Source: Polyangiaceae bacterium
Lineage (GTDB): Bacteria > Myxococcota_A > Polyangia > Polyangiales > Polyangiaceae
Reading direction: 5' to 3'
Assembly: GCA_044376115.1 (NCBI GenBank)
Contig: JBILLK010000007.1
Location: 256,001-320,000 of the forward strand
DNA: 64,000 nucleotides
The translations under genes were made by a program, and so were the position numbers. Shown one piece after another: positions 18,586 through 27,852 of this stretch. The first letter of the stretch is position 1, and every line of letters begins with the position of its first letter. A model generated the notes under the pieces. That model was not told where the DNA came from. It searched no databases and worked only from the letters and a program-made list of their open reading frames with translations.

Positions 18586-20529
18586 ATGTTCGACATGCGT
18601 AGGCTTGCTTGGTCAGGGGTGTTGCTCGGGCTCTTGGGGACGGGCTGTGGTGACTCGAGCGCGTCGGGCAATGGCGGTGCGGGCGGAGTTGGTGGAGGAA
18701 GCGGCGGCGAAGGCGTCGAGCTTTGCGACGGCCACGCAACCGCGGGGGAGACGAGCTTTACGCGCAAAAGCTCCGAATGGGGGCTGGACGGCGTCGTGGG
18801 CGGCCGCGTGATGAGCGGCGATTTGAACGCAGACGGCTACCCCGATTTGATCGTGCATAGCTTTGCGCCCAACGTTCGCGAGGTCAAAGGCTCGGAGGTC
18901 CGGCGGGTGTACGTGCTGATCAACGAGGCCAGCGGCAGTGGCAGAACCTTCGTCGATCGAACCTATGATTCCGGCTTCGCAGTACCTGCCGACGGCTCCA
19001 CGACCGAACTCAAGTCCTCCCATTTGGCCGTGCTCGGTGACGTTGACAACGACGGTGACTTGGATGTTTTCAGCGGCACCTACAGCGATGTGCCCGCTGC
19101 AGAAGAAACGCCCGCTGACCTCGATCGTTCGGAGATCTACCTCAACAATGGGGATGGCACCTTCACGCTCAAGGCCAACTCGGGCGTTGCCTTCGACAAG
19201 CCGCGCAGAACCTCATCGGCCACCTTTACGGATGTGGATCGAGACGGGGTACTCGATCTCTTCGTCGGCGTTCACTACTCAGCCACTGGCTCGATGCAGA
19301 CCCCTGCGCTGTTTCTTGGGAATGGGGACGGGACCTTCGTCGACGTGACCACCAGTTGGGGCGTCAAGAGCGAGAAGCGTGCGACCTTCGGCGTGACCTC
19401 CTGCGATCTCGACGACAACGGCTATCCCGAGCTCTTGATGAGCGCGTATGCGCGCGGCCCCAACGTGCTTTACACGCTCACCGAGAGCGGCTTCGTCGAT
19501 CAAGGTGAGGCCTCCGGCTACGCCTTCGACGAAAACCAGGACTTCACCGACAATCAGTTCTTCCTCTGCTGGTGCACGGTGAACGAGGCCGATCCGCAGT
19601 GCGCCGATGTCCCGCCGCCGTCGACGAACTGCCCGTCCCCTCCGGGGGCGAATTGGGGCGGCGCAAGCGATGAGATGCCTGCGCGGCTCGGTGGAAACAC
19701 CTTCAGCACCGCGTGCTCGGACATCGACGGGGACGGTAAGTTGGATCTCTACGATGCAGCGATCACCCATTGGTGGGCCGGCGGAAGTTCCGATGTTTCC
19801 ACCTTGCTGCTCAATCAAAGCACTGGCCCGAACAACTTCGCCTTCGAGCGCCCCAATCGCACGGACATCGGGCTCGACGTGCCGCGCGTGGGCGGTAGCT
19901 GGAATGAGGGCGGGATCGTCGCTGCCATCGCCGACATCAATGGAGACGCTCGCAACGACATCTTCCTCGGCACCAGCGACTACCCCGATCAGTTCGGTTG
20001 GGTGTTCAGTCAGTCAGCGGAAGGCACCTTCAGCGAGAACGGCGAGCTCTTGGGGCTGCATCACCCGTGCGCCGTTGGAACGACGATGGCGGACTTCGAT
20101 CGTGATGGGGATATCGACGTCGTCGTCGCCTCGGGCACCGCACGCGACTGTGCTGAGATTTGGTCCACCAACGAGGTGCATTTGTACGAGAACAATACGC
20201 CGACTTCGAGCAGCTGGCTGGCCATCCAGCTCGATGGCGGCGAGGCGGCCGACGTGAACCGTGCGGCCATCGGCGCGCGCGTCAGCGTCGAGGCCGGGGG
20301 CGTTAGCCAGCTGCAGGAGTTCAACTCTGGCTACGGCCACTTCGGGCTGCAGAACGACTCGCTATTGCACTTCCGGTTGGGAGACTGTCAGTCCGCCGCG
20401 AGCATCGAAGTCGTATGGCCGGATGCCAGCCGCAGCCGCAGCCGCTTCGAGAAAGTGCAAGGCGGTCGCATGATTCGCATCACTAAGGGCGCCGACGCGG
20501 TGGAGGATTTGGGTGCTCCGAATCCGTGA
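18586..20529 (+). CDS. CRTAC1-family lipoprotein (FG-GAP repeats + ASPIC/UnbV domain)
   Basis: Lipobox LGTGC; several D-x-D/N-x-D-G-x-x-D repeats; C-terminal NRAAIGARV...SGYG...LHFRLG...IEVVWP. Confidence 0.9.
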   Translation: MFDMRRLAWSGVLLGLLGTGCGDSSASGNGGAGGVGGGSGGEGVELCDGHATAGETSFTRKSSEWGLDGVVGGRVMSGDLNADGYPDLIVHSFAPNVREVKGSEVRRVYVLINEASGSGRTFVDRTYDSGFAVPADGSTTELKSSHLAVLGDVDNDGDLDVFSGTYSDVPAAEETPADLDRSEIYLNNGDGTFTLKANSGVAFDKPRRTSSATFTDVDRDGVLDLFVGVHYSATGSMQTPALFLGNGDGTFVDVTTSWGVKSEKRATFGVTSCDLDDNGYPELLMSAYARGPNVLYTLTESGFVDQGEASGYAFDENQDFTDNQFFLCWCTVNEADPQCADVPPPSTNCPSPPGANWGGASDEMPARLGGNTFSTACSDIDGDGKLDLYDAAITHWWAGGSSDVSTLLLNQSTGPNNFAFERPNRTDIGLDVPRVGGSWNEGGIVAAIADINGDARNDIFLGTSDYPDQFGWVFSQSAEGTFSENGELLGLHHPCAVGTTMADFDRDGDIDVVVASGTARDCAEIWSTNEVHLYENNTPTSSSWLAIQLDGGEAADVNRAAIGARVSVEAGGVSQLQEFNSGYGHFGLQNDSLLHFRLGDCQSAASIEVVWPDASRSRSRFEKVQGGRMIRITKGADAVEDLGAPNP

Positions 20530-20571
20530 CAAAGTCTGCATGCCCTGCCTCTTGCTGAGTACACTGCACGC

Positions 20572-22065
20572 GTGACAGGGGTGAGGGATCCGTTCGGCAT
20601 CGTGGGCACGATGCAGTCGCGCGTATTTCGCGTGGAGGCCGCCGTCGCTGAGGGTGGCTTCGGTGTCGTGTATCGCGCGTACCATGAAGCCTTCCGCTCC
20701 TACGTCGCGCTCAAGTGCTTGAAGGTGCCCGACGTTCTTTCGGATGAGCAAAAGCTCGGCCTGCTCGAAAAGTTCCGCACTGAAGCAGAGCTCTTGTTTC
20801 GCTTGAGCGCCTCTCTCCCGGAGATCGTTCGGCCGCTGCAATTCGGCGTGTTGGAGCTTGAAGACGGTTCGCCTGGGACGCCGACGCTGGGGGCCGGCGC
20901 TGTGGTGCCGTACTTGGCGATGGAGTGGCTCGAGGGCCAAACGCTGGGGGCCTTCGTGGCCGGCCGCGTGGCGCAGTCGAAGCCGCCGCTCACGCTGAGT
21001 CGCGCGGTAGAGTTGCTCACGCCGGTGGCCAAGGCGCTCGCGCGGGCTCACGATTTCCGCGGAACCAACGGTGGCGCGGTGACCATCATCCATCGCGATA
21101 TGAAGCCGGAGAACGTGTTCCTGGCGAACATCGATGGTGAGCAGCGACCCAAGATTCTCGACTTCGGTATCGCACGCATTCGCGCTGACGCCTCGGCGAT
21201 GCTCGGCCGTGCAACGGGGGCCGATCCTCTGCATGCGTTCTCGCCGGCCTACGCAGCTCCCGAGCAATGGAACCCCTCAGTGTACGGCGCGACCGGCCCT
21301 TGGACGGACGTGTACGCGCTCGCCCTCGTTCTGACCGAGGTGTTGATCGGTCGGCCGCCGATCGACGGTGATTTCACGGTGATGATGGGGTCGGCGCTCA
21401 ACAAGGATTGGCGTCCGACCCCGCGTGCGCGCGGCGCCAACGTGACCGATGAAACCGAGCGCGTGTTCGAGCGTGCGCTGGCCGTGGATCCGCGCTTGCG
21501 CACGGCATCGATCGAAGCCTTCTGGACGCAGCTGGAGCTCTCGTGCGGGCGCGGTCCGTCGATTACGCGCCGGCACGAGCCCATCCTCTCCGATCTGCCG
21601 AGCACCCCGCCACCGCCCGATCTCGATCTGGAGGCGGACATCCCGATGCAGCCAAGCTCGTCATCGGGCGCAGTGCTGCCAGCGCCGGCTTCACGTCGCT
21701 GGGATCAACTGGAGACCCCGACGCGAGATCCAAACTTCGAGGCGCCCGCGGCGAGCGTGCGTGAGCCGGGGTTTGCTCTCGAGCTGGGCGGTGCGCCAAA
21801 ATCGATAGCCCGGCCGCGCCCCAATCAGCTCGGACCGGGCGTTTGGCAGCCACAGTCGCTGGCGCCCGCTCGTTCGCTTTGGGAGCGCTTTTCGACGCCG
21901 CTTTGGATCGTCGTCGCGGCGGTTGCAGTCGGTTTGGCCGACCTCTACATGGTTCGAACCACCGGGCATAAGCTTCCCCTTGGGCCGATTTCGACCACAT
22001 GGATCGCAGGGCCACTTGCGACCATTGGCATCGGTCTCGGGATTGTGCGACTGATCCAAGACTGA
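20572..22065 (+). CDS. Membrane-anchored Ser/Thr protein kinase
   Basis: EGGFGVVY, VALK, HRDMKPEN, DFG, YAAPEQW; two C-terminal hydrophobic helices. Confidence 0.93.
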   Translation: MTGVRDPFGIVGTMQSRVFRVEAAVAEGGFGVVYRAYHEAFRSYVALKCLKVPDVLSDEQKLGLLEKFRTEAELLFRLSASLPEIVRPLQFGVLELEDGSPGTPTLGAGAVVPYLAMEWLEGQTLGAFVAGRVAQSKPPLTLSRAVELLTPVAKALARAHDFRGTNGGAVTIIHRDMKPENVFLANIDGEQRPKILDFGIARIRADASAMLGRATGADPLHAFSPAYAAPEQWNPSVYGATGPWTDVYALALVLTEVLIGRPPIDGDFTVMMGSALNKDWRPTPRARGANVTDETERVFERALAVDPRLRTASIEAFWTQLELSCGRGPSITRRHEPILSDLPSTPPPPDLDLEADIPMQPSSSSGAVLPAPASRRWDQLETPTRDPNFEAPAASVREPGFALELGGAPKSIARPRPNQLGPGVWQPQSLAPARSLWERFSTPLWIVVAAVAVGLADLYMVRTTGHKLPLGPISTTWIAGPLATIGIGLGIVRLIQD

Positions 22066-22652
22066 TGATGTTGCTCACACGGCGAGCCGCGCTTCTCTCC
22101 ATCGGGGCGCTTGCGGCTGGTTGCTCCGATCCTCGCCCAGAGCCCTCGGCCGGGTCTTCGCGGGCGCAGGGCATGGTCAAGCCCGTCCTCTATGAAGTGC
22201 CACCCGCATGGACTGAAACCGAGTCGAGCCCGACCGCGGCGCGCCGCGCCGGTTACCGCGTTCCGCGAGTCGGTAACGACAAGGAAGACGGCGAGATGTT
22301 GGTGCTCTTCTTCGGCACCGGCAGTAACGGGGATCGCGACAAGCAGTGGGATCCGTGGTTCGAGCAGTTCGATGGGACGCCCAAAGAGTCCGCCACCCGG
22401 GCGACCTTCAACTCGCAGGCAGGTCCAGTGGAGACCTTCGAGTTCAAGGGCGCCTACAAGCTCAACCTCGGCAAACAGCGCCCGGGCATGAAGAAGTCGC
22501 CGGTGCAAATGGTCAAACAGGACTTCCGCATGATCGGTGCGGTGGTGAAGACCGAAGCACGCGGCAACTGGTTCTTTCGTCTCGTGGGCCCCGATGAGAC
22601 GGTGCTCGCAGCGAAAGGTGCGTTCTTGGCAATGTTGGAGGCCTGCGCCTAG
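22065..22652 (+). CDS. Putative Tat-exported lipoprotein, function unknown
   Basis: TGATG overlap with the kinase stop; LTRRAALL twin-Arg motif; lipobox LAAGC; GNWFFRLVGP. Confidence 0.75.
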   Translation: MMLLTRRAALLSIGALAAGCSDPRPEPSAGSSRAQGMVKPVLYEVPPAWTETESSPTAARRAGYRVPRVGNDKEDGEMLVLFFGTGSNGDRDKQWDPWFEQFDGTPKESATRATFNSQAGPVETFEFKGAYKLNLGKQRPGMKKSPVQMVKQDFRMIGAVVKTEARGNWFFRLVGPDETVLAAKGAFLAMLEACA

Positions 22653-22690
22653 CGTGCCTTGCGCTTGGCCTCGCCCGTTGGCCGAAGAAC

Positions 22691-23671
22691 TCAGTTAACC
22701 GGCGTGGCGCTGGGAGAAACCTGCACCACGCGCACCGGCTTGGCCCCGATGTCTGCCACGTCGAAGCTCTGCGTGAGGCTCAACTTGAGGCCGGCATCCA
22801 CCTCGGCGCCCGAGGGCATCTGCATCTTCGACACGACGCTGATTTGGATGATGGCGCCGCGCACGTAGTCCCCGGTGAGGTTCAACTTCTGCGAGGCGAG
22901 GGCGGCCTTGACCGAGCGCGCGACGCCTTCCCAGGTTGCGCTGTTGCCGGCGCTGGCCGAGTTGAACTTGACGCTCTTTACTTTGCCGCCCGGACCGAGC
23001 GCCACCGTGTAGCTCGCCTTCGCGTTGCCCGGCGCGTCCGAGCCCTCGACCGTGGCCTTGAAGATCGAAGCGACGGTGCCTGCCGCTGGTAGACCGAGGC
23101 CAAGCTTCTTGTCCTTCTCGCGCAGGACGTCTTTGAGACCCTTGTTGACCGACGCAGCCGTGGCCGTCTTGGCTTTGGGCGCTTCCGTCTCCGCGGGTGC
23201 GCCGCGGGTGTCGAACGCAACCAACGACGGATTCATGTAGATCGGCTTATCCCCGAGGCCGGGAATGCCCTCTTCGTCTGTGGGGCCCCAGCCGTTGTCT
23301 TCCGGTTGGTTGCCAGGGTTGGGCTCATCCCCGGTGCCGCCGTCTCCAGCGCTATCGGTACCGTCCGAGGTTTCAACGCCGTTGGTGCCTGCCCGGCCTC
23401 TACCGCCAGCGCCTGCATTGCGCTTGGCCTCGAGCGGCTGGTCCGGGTTCACCGGCGTACTGACTCGGGCGCCCGCAGCCGACACTGGTTGCACCGTGTT
23501 CGCTTCGACCACGCGCTCTTTGCGCGGCTCGAACTCGAACTGGATCGACTGCTCCGGACGGCCCTTTTCCAGCGCCAACAAGTTGTACGAAGGAAACAGC
23601 GTGGCCGCGTAAAGCGCTCCCGCGTGCGCAGCTGCAGCCAACCCGAAGAACAGGCCTTCACGTGAGTTCAC
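22691..23671 (-). CDS. Single-pass membrane protein with TonB/TolA-like architecture
   Basis: N-terminal helix containing His (AAAAHAG); Gly/Asp-rich linker; C-terminal domain resembling TonB-C. Confidence 0.6.
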   Translation of the reverse strand: MNSREGLFFGLAAAAHAGALYAATLFPSYNLLALEKGRPEQSIQFEFEPRKERVVEANTVQPVSAAGARVSTPVNPDQPLEAKRNAGAGGRGRAGTNGVETSDGTDSAGDGGTGDEPNPGNQPEDNGWGPTDEEGIPGLGDKPIYMNPSLVAFDTRGAPAETEAPKAKTATAASVNKGLKDVLREKDKKLGLGLPAAGTVASIFKATVEGSDAPGNAKASYTVALGPGGKVKSVKFNSASAGNSATWEGVARSVKAALASQKLNLTGDYVRGAIIQISVVSKMQMPSGAEVDAGLKLSLTQSFDVADIGAKPVRVVQVSPSATPVN

Positions 23672-23728
23672 AGGGTCCCCCGGAAACTCGAGCGTACCGC
23701 GCCGGCCGCTAGCTGTTGCCCCTGAACC

Positions 23729-24688
23729 TTAGACACCGCCCATCCTTTTGGCGGAGATCAGGAGGGATTGCAAGGTTCGGGCAACATTTTCGCCCCTGCC
23801 GTGGGGCCAAAGTCCAAACCGGCCCTCCTTTACGATCCCATCCAGCCCCGCTTGCATGCGGATAACAACGTCACGATGGACCGCCTCGACGAGGGTCTCA
23901 TCGTCTGCGGCGCTCGCCGGGAGTTCGGGCCTCACGGCTGGCAAGATACGCGTGTGGATCTTCACCGGTAGCGGAAGGTGAGGGAGCGGTATTCCGAACA
24001 GAAGGCCCCAGGGGAGGGCGGCTCCGATCGGAAATACGTTGGAGCGGAAGTGTTTGGGCAGCCCCAGCGCCGACGCGATGCGCGCCCCACGAAAGGCCAC
24101 GAACAGCGATTCGTGCGCGCCCGCGCTGACCACCGGGACGATCGGCACGCCCTCGCGCAGCGCCAATCTCACGTAGCCGCGCCGTTTGCCAAAGTCGATT
24201 TGGTGACGCTGGGTGAACGGCTTGCACGCATCGTGGTCACCGCCTGGAAAGACCAATAAGGCTCCGCCGTCACGAAGCGCCCGCCTGCCATTGTCGGGGT
24301 TGGCGGCCATCGCTCCTGCTGCGTTCAACCATGAGCCCGCCCACGGGACGCGAAACGGCACGTCGTGCATCAGGCCGTAGGCCTTTCGCTGGGCGCCGTA
24401 GCGACGCCAAAAGGCCGTCATGTGGCAGAACATGTCGGGCGTCCCGGTGATGCCGTTGTGATTGCCAACCACCAACACGGGGCCCTCCGGCACTTCGGCC
24501 AGGAACTCTGTCTCGCACTGAAAGTAGTGATCGTAAAACGCCTCGAGCAGCGGCAAGACCTCGGCGATCAGCTTGGGATCACGCGCCGAAAGCGAGTTCG
24601 GCATGACCTTCCGATTGCGCGCCGCCATCAATGCGGCGAAGGCAGCCTCGAGCACGCCTGACGCCGGCCACGCACGAACCTCGCTCAC
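23729..24688 (-). CDS. Lysophospholipid/glycerolipid acyltransferase (PlsC/DGAT2-like)
   Basis: LVVGNHNG...PD, VFPGG, GVPIVPVVSAGAHE; likely GTG 24688. Confidence 0.88.
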   Translation of the reverse strand: MSEVRAWPASGVLEAAFAALMAARNRKVMPNSLSARDPKLIAEVLPLLEAFYDHYFQCETEFLAEVPEGPVLVVGNHNGITGTPDMFCHMTAFWRRYGAQRKAYGLMHDVPFRVPWAGSWLNAAGAMAANPDNGRRALRDGGALLVFPGGDHDACKPFTQRHQIDFGKRRGYVRLALREGVPIVPVVSAGAHESLFVAFRGARIASALGLPKHFRSNVFPIGAALPWGLLFGIPLPHLPLPVKIHTRILPAVRPELPASAADDETLVEAVHRDVVIRMQAGLDGIVKEGRFGLWPHGRGENVARTLQSLLISAKRMGGV

Positions 24689-24731
24689 GGCTGGCCCCCG
24701 TCCAGCAGGTGAATCGGGAGCCCCGGCTCGT

Positions 24732-25340
24732 TCAAGGCAACCGGGCGCGCATGCCTGCGCGAATGCCGTTCTTTCTTGCCCACCCTGCATTGACTTCCAG
24801 AACGTAGCGCGACTTGCAACCGACGCTGAACTCCTGATCGGTCAACGTCGATGTGTTCTCCTCGATTCCGACGATCGTGCCGTCCGACGCGATGAACAGC
24901 ATATCCAGAGGCAAACACGTATTGCGCATCCAAAAGGTGAGCGTGCTCTCCTCATCGAATTGGAACAGCATGCCGTCGTTCTCGGCCATCGCCGTGCGAT
25001 ACATCAGCCCGCGTTGACGGTGCTCGGGCTCTTTGGCCAGCTCCACTGAAACCGACGCCTTTGCGCCCTCGAATTCAACCACGGCTCGAGCGAGCTCCGG
25101 CACCGGTCCGGGATCCGCTGGGCAGTTCTCAGCAACGCCCACGAGGGGCCGTGACGGCTCGGCTGGCGTGGCTTTGATGCAGCGACCAGGCAGACGCTTG
25201 GGCTCGATCGTCGTGCTCTGGCTGTCTCCGGCCGGACGCTGCGACTCGGCGCTTGCACGCGGCATGCGGTTTGGCTCACAGCCCGCGGCGGCCAGCAATA
25301 TACCCGCAACACACGCGTATCCCCACGTCCTTCGGAGCAT
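24732..25340 (-). CDS. DUF192 family lipoprotein
   Basis: RQRGLMYR, GMLF, FWMRNT, PLDMLFI, YVLEVNAG; lipobox AAAGC. Confidence 0.9.
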   Translation of the reverse strand: MLRRTWGYACVAGILLAAAGCEPNRMPRASAESQRPAGDSQSTTIEPKRLPGRCIKATPAEPSRPLVGVAENCPADPGPVPELARAVVEFEGAKASVSVELAKEPEHRQRGLMYRTAMAENDGMLFQFDEESTLTFWMRNTCLPLDMLFIASDGTIVGIEENTSTLTDQEFSVGCKSRYVLEVNAGWARKNGIRAGMRARLP

Positions 25341-25483
25341 GCGCCTGCTTATGCTGGCCGCCGACGATGCAGCAACAAGAATGACTCCCAGCGGGAAAAA
25401 ATCGGGGTCCGGGCGCCGGCTCAAGGAGGCTCAAACCGTGCTTCGAGCCACCTCAGCTGGCTAACTTTGGCTATGATGTCGGC

Positions 25484-26047
25484 ATGCGTCGAACCTTCTT
25501 CCTTTGGACTGCGGCTGCCTGTGTAGCTCCTACCGCGCTCGTGGCTTTGCTAGCGCCGGCGTGTGACAACAGCGTCATTGTTCCGGATGGAGATTCGGGT
25601 GGAGGCGGGGACGGCGCAGGTCCAACCACCAGCGGTCTGCCCATCACAACCACCACCGGTGGCGCCGACGCTGGTCCCGATGCCCTCAACGACTTCGTGG
25701 ATCCCGGCTGTGAAGACAAGCCGCCGCCGCTCGAGGACTTCCAGTGTGATCCCGAGGCGCAAAACAACGGCCAATGCATGTTCGGCGAGGGCTGTTACAT
25801 CTACGTGCAATACCCCGATGACCCCTGCGGCCAGGAGGTTTACGGCTCGGTATGTCTGCCCGAGGGTGTAGGCCAGCAGGGTGACATTTGTTTCGGCGCC
25901 ACAGATTGCGCGGGCGGGTTGGCGTGCGTGGTTACCGGGTCCGGCACGCAGTGTGTGGTGCTCTGCCCACTCGAAGGCATCAGCGATTGTCCGAGCGGCC
26001 TCGTGTGTGAACCCATCGACGTTGAAGGCTTCGGCGGATGTCTGTGA
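25484..26047 (+). CDS. Cys-rich putative lipoprotein
   Basis: Signal ending LAPAC; Gly/Thr linker; Cys-rich C-terminal domain ending FGGCL. Confidence 0.8.
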   Translation: MRRTFFLWTAAACVAPTALVALLAPACDNSVIVPDGDSGGGGDGAGPTTSGLPITTTTGGADAGPDALNDFVDPGCEDKPPPLEDFQCDPEAQNNGQCMFGEGCYIYVQYPDDPCGQEVYGSVCLPEGVGQQGDICFGATDCAGGLACVVTGSGTQCVVLCPLEGISDCPSGLVCEPIDVEGFGGCL

Positions 26048-27681
26048 AATTGTCTGTGCGCAGTGTCCTGGGTTCCGTCGGTGTTTTAGCTGGCCTCGCT
26101 GTGCTTTTCGGAGCTTGCGGAGCGCGCGATGAGATCCCGGTTCCTCCGCCACCACCGCCGCTCCCGGATTGCTTGGTCGACGCTGATTGCGAGGGCTTCG
26201 ATGACCTCTGTCGCAACGTGCGTTGCGTGGTCGAGGAGGACGCCGGCGCCGGTGGCTTCGGCGGCGGTGACGAGCAAGGGCTGACGCTGCCGAACGCGAG
26301 CTGTCGTGAGGTCAATCCAGTCGACTGCGATGATGGCGACATCTGCACGATCGACACCTGCGCTCCAGTAGATGGTTCGTGCAGCTACGCGCCGGCCACG
26401 CTCGACAGCGACGGAGACGGCTTCAACGGCCCGCGTGAGGGCACGGTGGCCGGGGACCCCGATTCGTGCGGCGACGACTGCGACGACACCAACGAGAACG
26501 CCTTTCCGGGCAACCCGGAGGTGTGTGACGGCGCCGACAACGACTGCAACGGCGTGATTGATGACAACGCCACCTTCGTCCCGATCGACGGCGATGCAGT
26601 GCAAATCTCCGAGAACGATCAGACGCCTGCTGGCGCTGGCGGCATCTCTTGGAGCGGCACTTCGTACGTGGCGACCTACACAGGGACGTCGGCTGGCTTC
26701 GACATTTGGCGCTCGCAGCTCGCTCCCGATGGGCAAAAACTGCAGGCCGATGAGCTGCTGAAGGTGTCGAATAGCGACGGCTTTGGCGGACCGCTGATCT
26801 GGACGGGCGATCGTTATGGCGTCGCTTGGCAGGAGCGTCGCGACGGTGATTACGAGGTCTACTTTCGTCTGCTGAACGAGTCGGGCTCTACGGTCGAAGT
26901 CCCGCCAGTGCAGCTCTCAGACGCCTTCGGCTTCTCGATCAACGTCGATCTAGGCTGGACGGGCACGCGCTTCGTGGCGGTTTGGCAAGACGAGCGCAAC
27001 GGTCAGTTCAACCTGTTTGGACGCACCATTTCTGTCGAGGGCGTGCCGCTGTCGAACGAGGTGCAGTTGGTGCCAGATAGCAGTTTCCCGGACGAGGCGC
27101 CAAGCGTTGCCGCGAGCAGTGATGGCATCGGCGTGGCCTGGGGCCACGGGAACGCGCAGGCTCACTTCATTCAGTTCCAAACCTTCGACTTCGATCTCAA
27201 TCCCGTCTCTCCGGTGGTCACGTTCAACGACGGTCTAACCGACGCTGTCTACCCAACGGTCGTCTGGAATGATGGCAACTACATCGTGGCCTGGTTCGAT
27301 CGCTCGGCCTCACCCGCCGGTATCTACGCTTCCGTGGTCGACCCTGCTGGAAACGTTGTCGTCGCGCCAACGGCCATCTCCTCGACGCCGAATGGTTCCT
27401 TCTCGCGTTACCCAACGCTCAAGGCGCTCGGGGATCGGGTGCTCGTCCTGTTCTCCGACGATCGCGACGGTAACCAGGGTTACGAGCTCTACGGCCGCAT
27501 GGTGAGCGACCTGCTCGTGCCGTTGACCGAGCCCACGCGCATCACGCAAGCGAGCGGGGATTCAATCAACCCACGGGCTGCCTTCGGGCCGGACGGCAAC
27601 GTCGGCATTCTGTTCCGCGACGACCGGCTGGGCGCGCAGCACGTGTTTTTTACGCGTCTCGGCTGCCTCGTCGGTAACTGA
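26038..27681 (+). CDS. Lipoprotein with a MopE-related metal-binding motif and a C-terminal beta-propeller-like domain
   Basis: Lipobox LFGAC; CDDGDICTIDTC; DSDGDGF..DCDDTNENAFPGNPEVCDGADNDCNGVIDD; repeated WTGxRY/FxVAW blades. Confidence 0.85.
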   Translation: MSVKLSVRSVLGSVGVLAGLAVLFGACGARDEIPVPPPPPPLPDCLVDADCEGFDDLCRNVRCVVEEDAGAGGFGGGDEQGLTLPNASCREVNPVDCDDGDICTIDTCAPVDGSCSYAPATLDSDGDGFNGPREGTVAGDPDSCGDDCDDTNENAFPGNPEVCDGADNDCNGVIDDNATFVPIDGDAVQISENDQTPAGAGGISWSGTSYVATYTGTSAGFDIWRSQLAPDGQKLQADELLKVSNSDGFGGPLIWTGDRYGVAWQERRDGDYEVYFRLLNESGSTVEVPPVQLSDAFGFSINVDLGWTGTRFVAVWQDERNGQFNLFGRTISVEGVPLSNEVQLVPDSSFPDEAPSVAASSDGIGVAWGHGNAQAHFIQFQTFDFDLNPVSPVVTFNDGLTDAVYPTVVWNDGNYIVAWFDRSASPAGIYASVVDPAGNVVVAPTAISSTPNGSFSRYPTLKALGDRVLVLFSDDRDGNQGYELYGRMVSDLLVPLTEPTRITQASGDSINPRAAFGPDGNVGILFRDDRLGAQHVFFTRLGCLVGN

Positions 27682-27852
27682 CTGCAATCGACTGGTCACA
27701 AATTTCGAGCCTGATGACACATGGGGTCGTTGGGCTCGTTCGTTCATGCTGCTCACGGTGGATGCAACGGCCTCTCCCGAACTTACGGCCAACGTAAGGG
27801 CTGAACTCGGGTCAAAGACTGCCGGCCGCCCTGGCCACAACAAGAGGTCCTC

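Noticed and set aside
26400..26570. MopE-related motif as substrate of the di-heme enzyme
   Set aside because: The motif is a widespread acidic Cys repeat with no Trp, and the gene is 8 kb away in another transcription unit.
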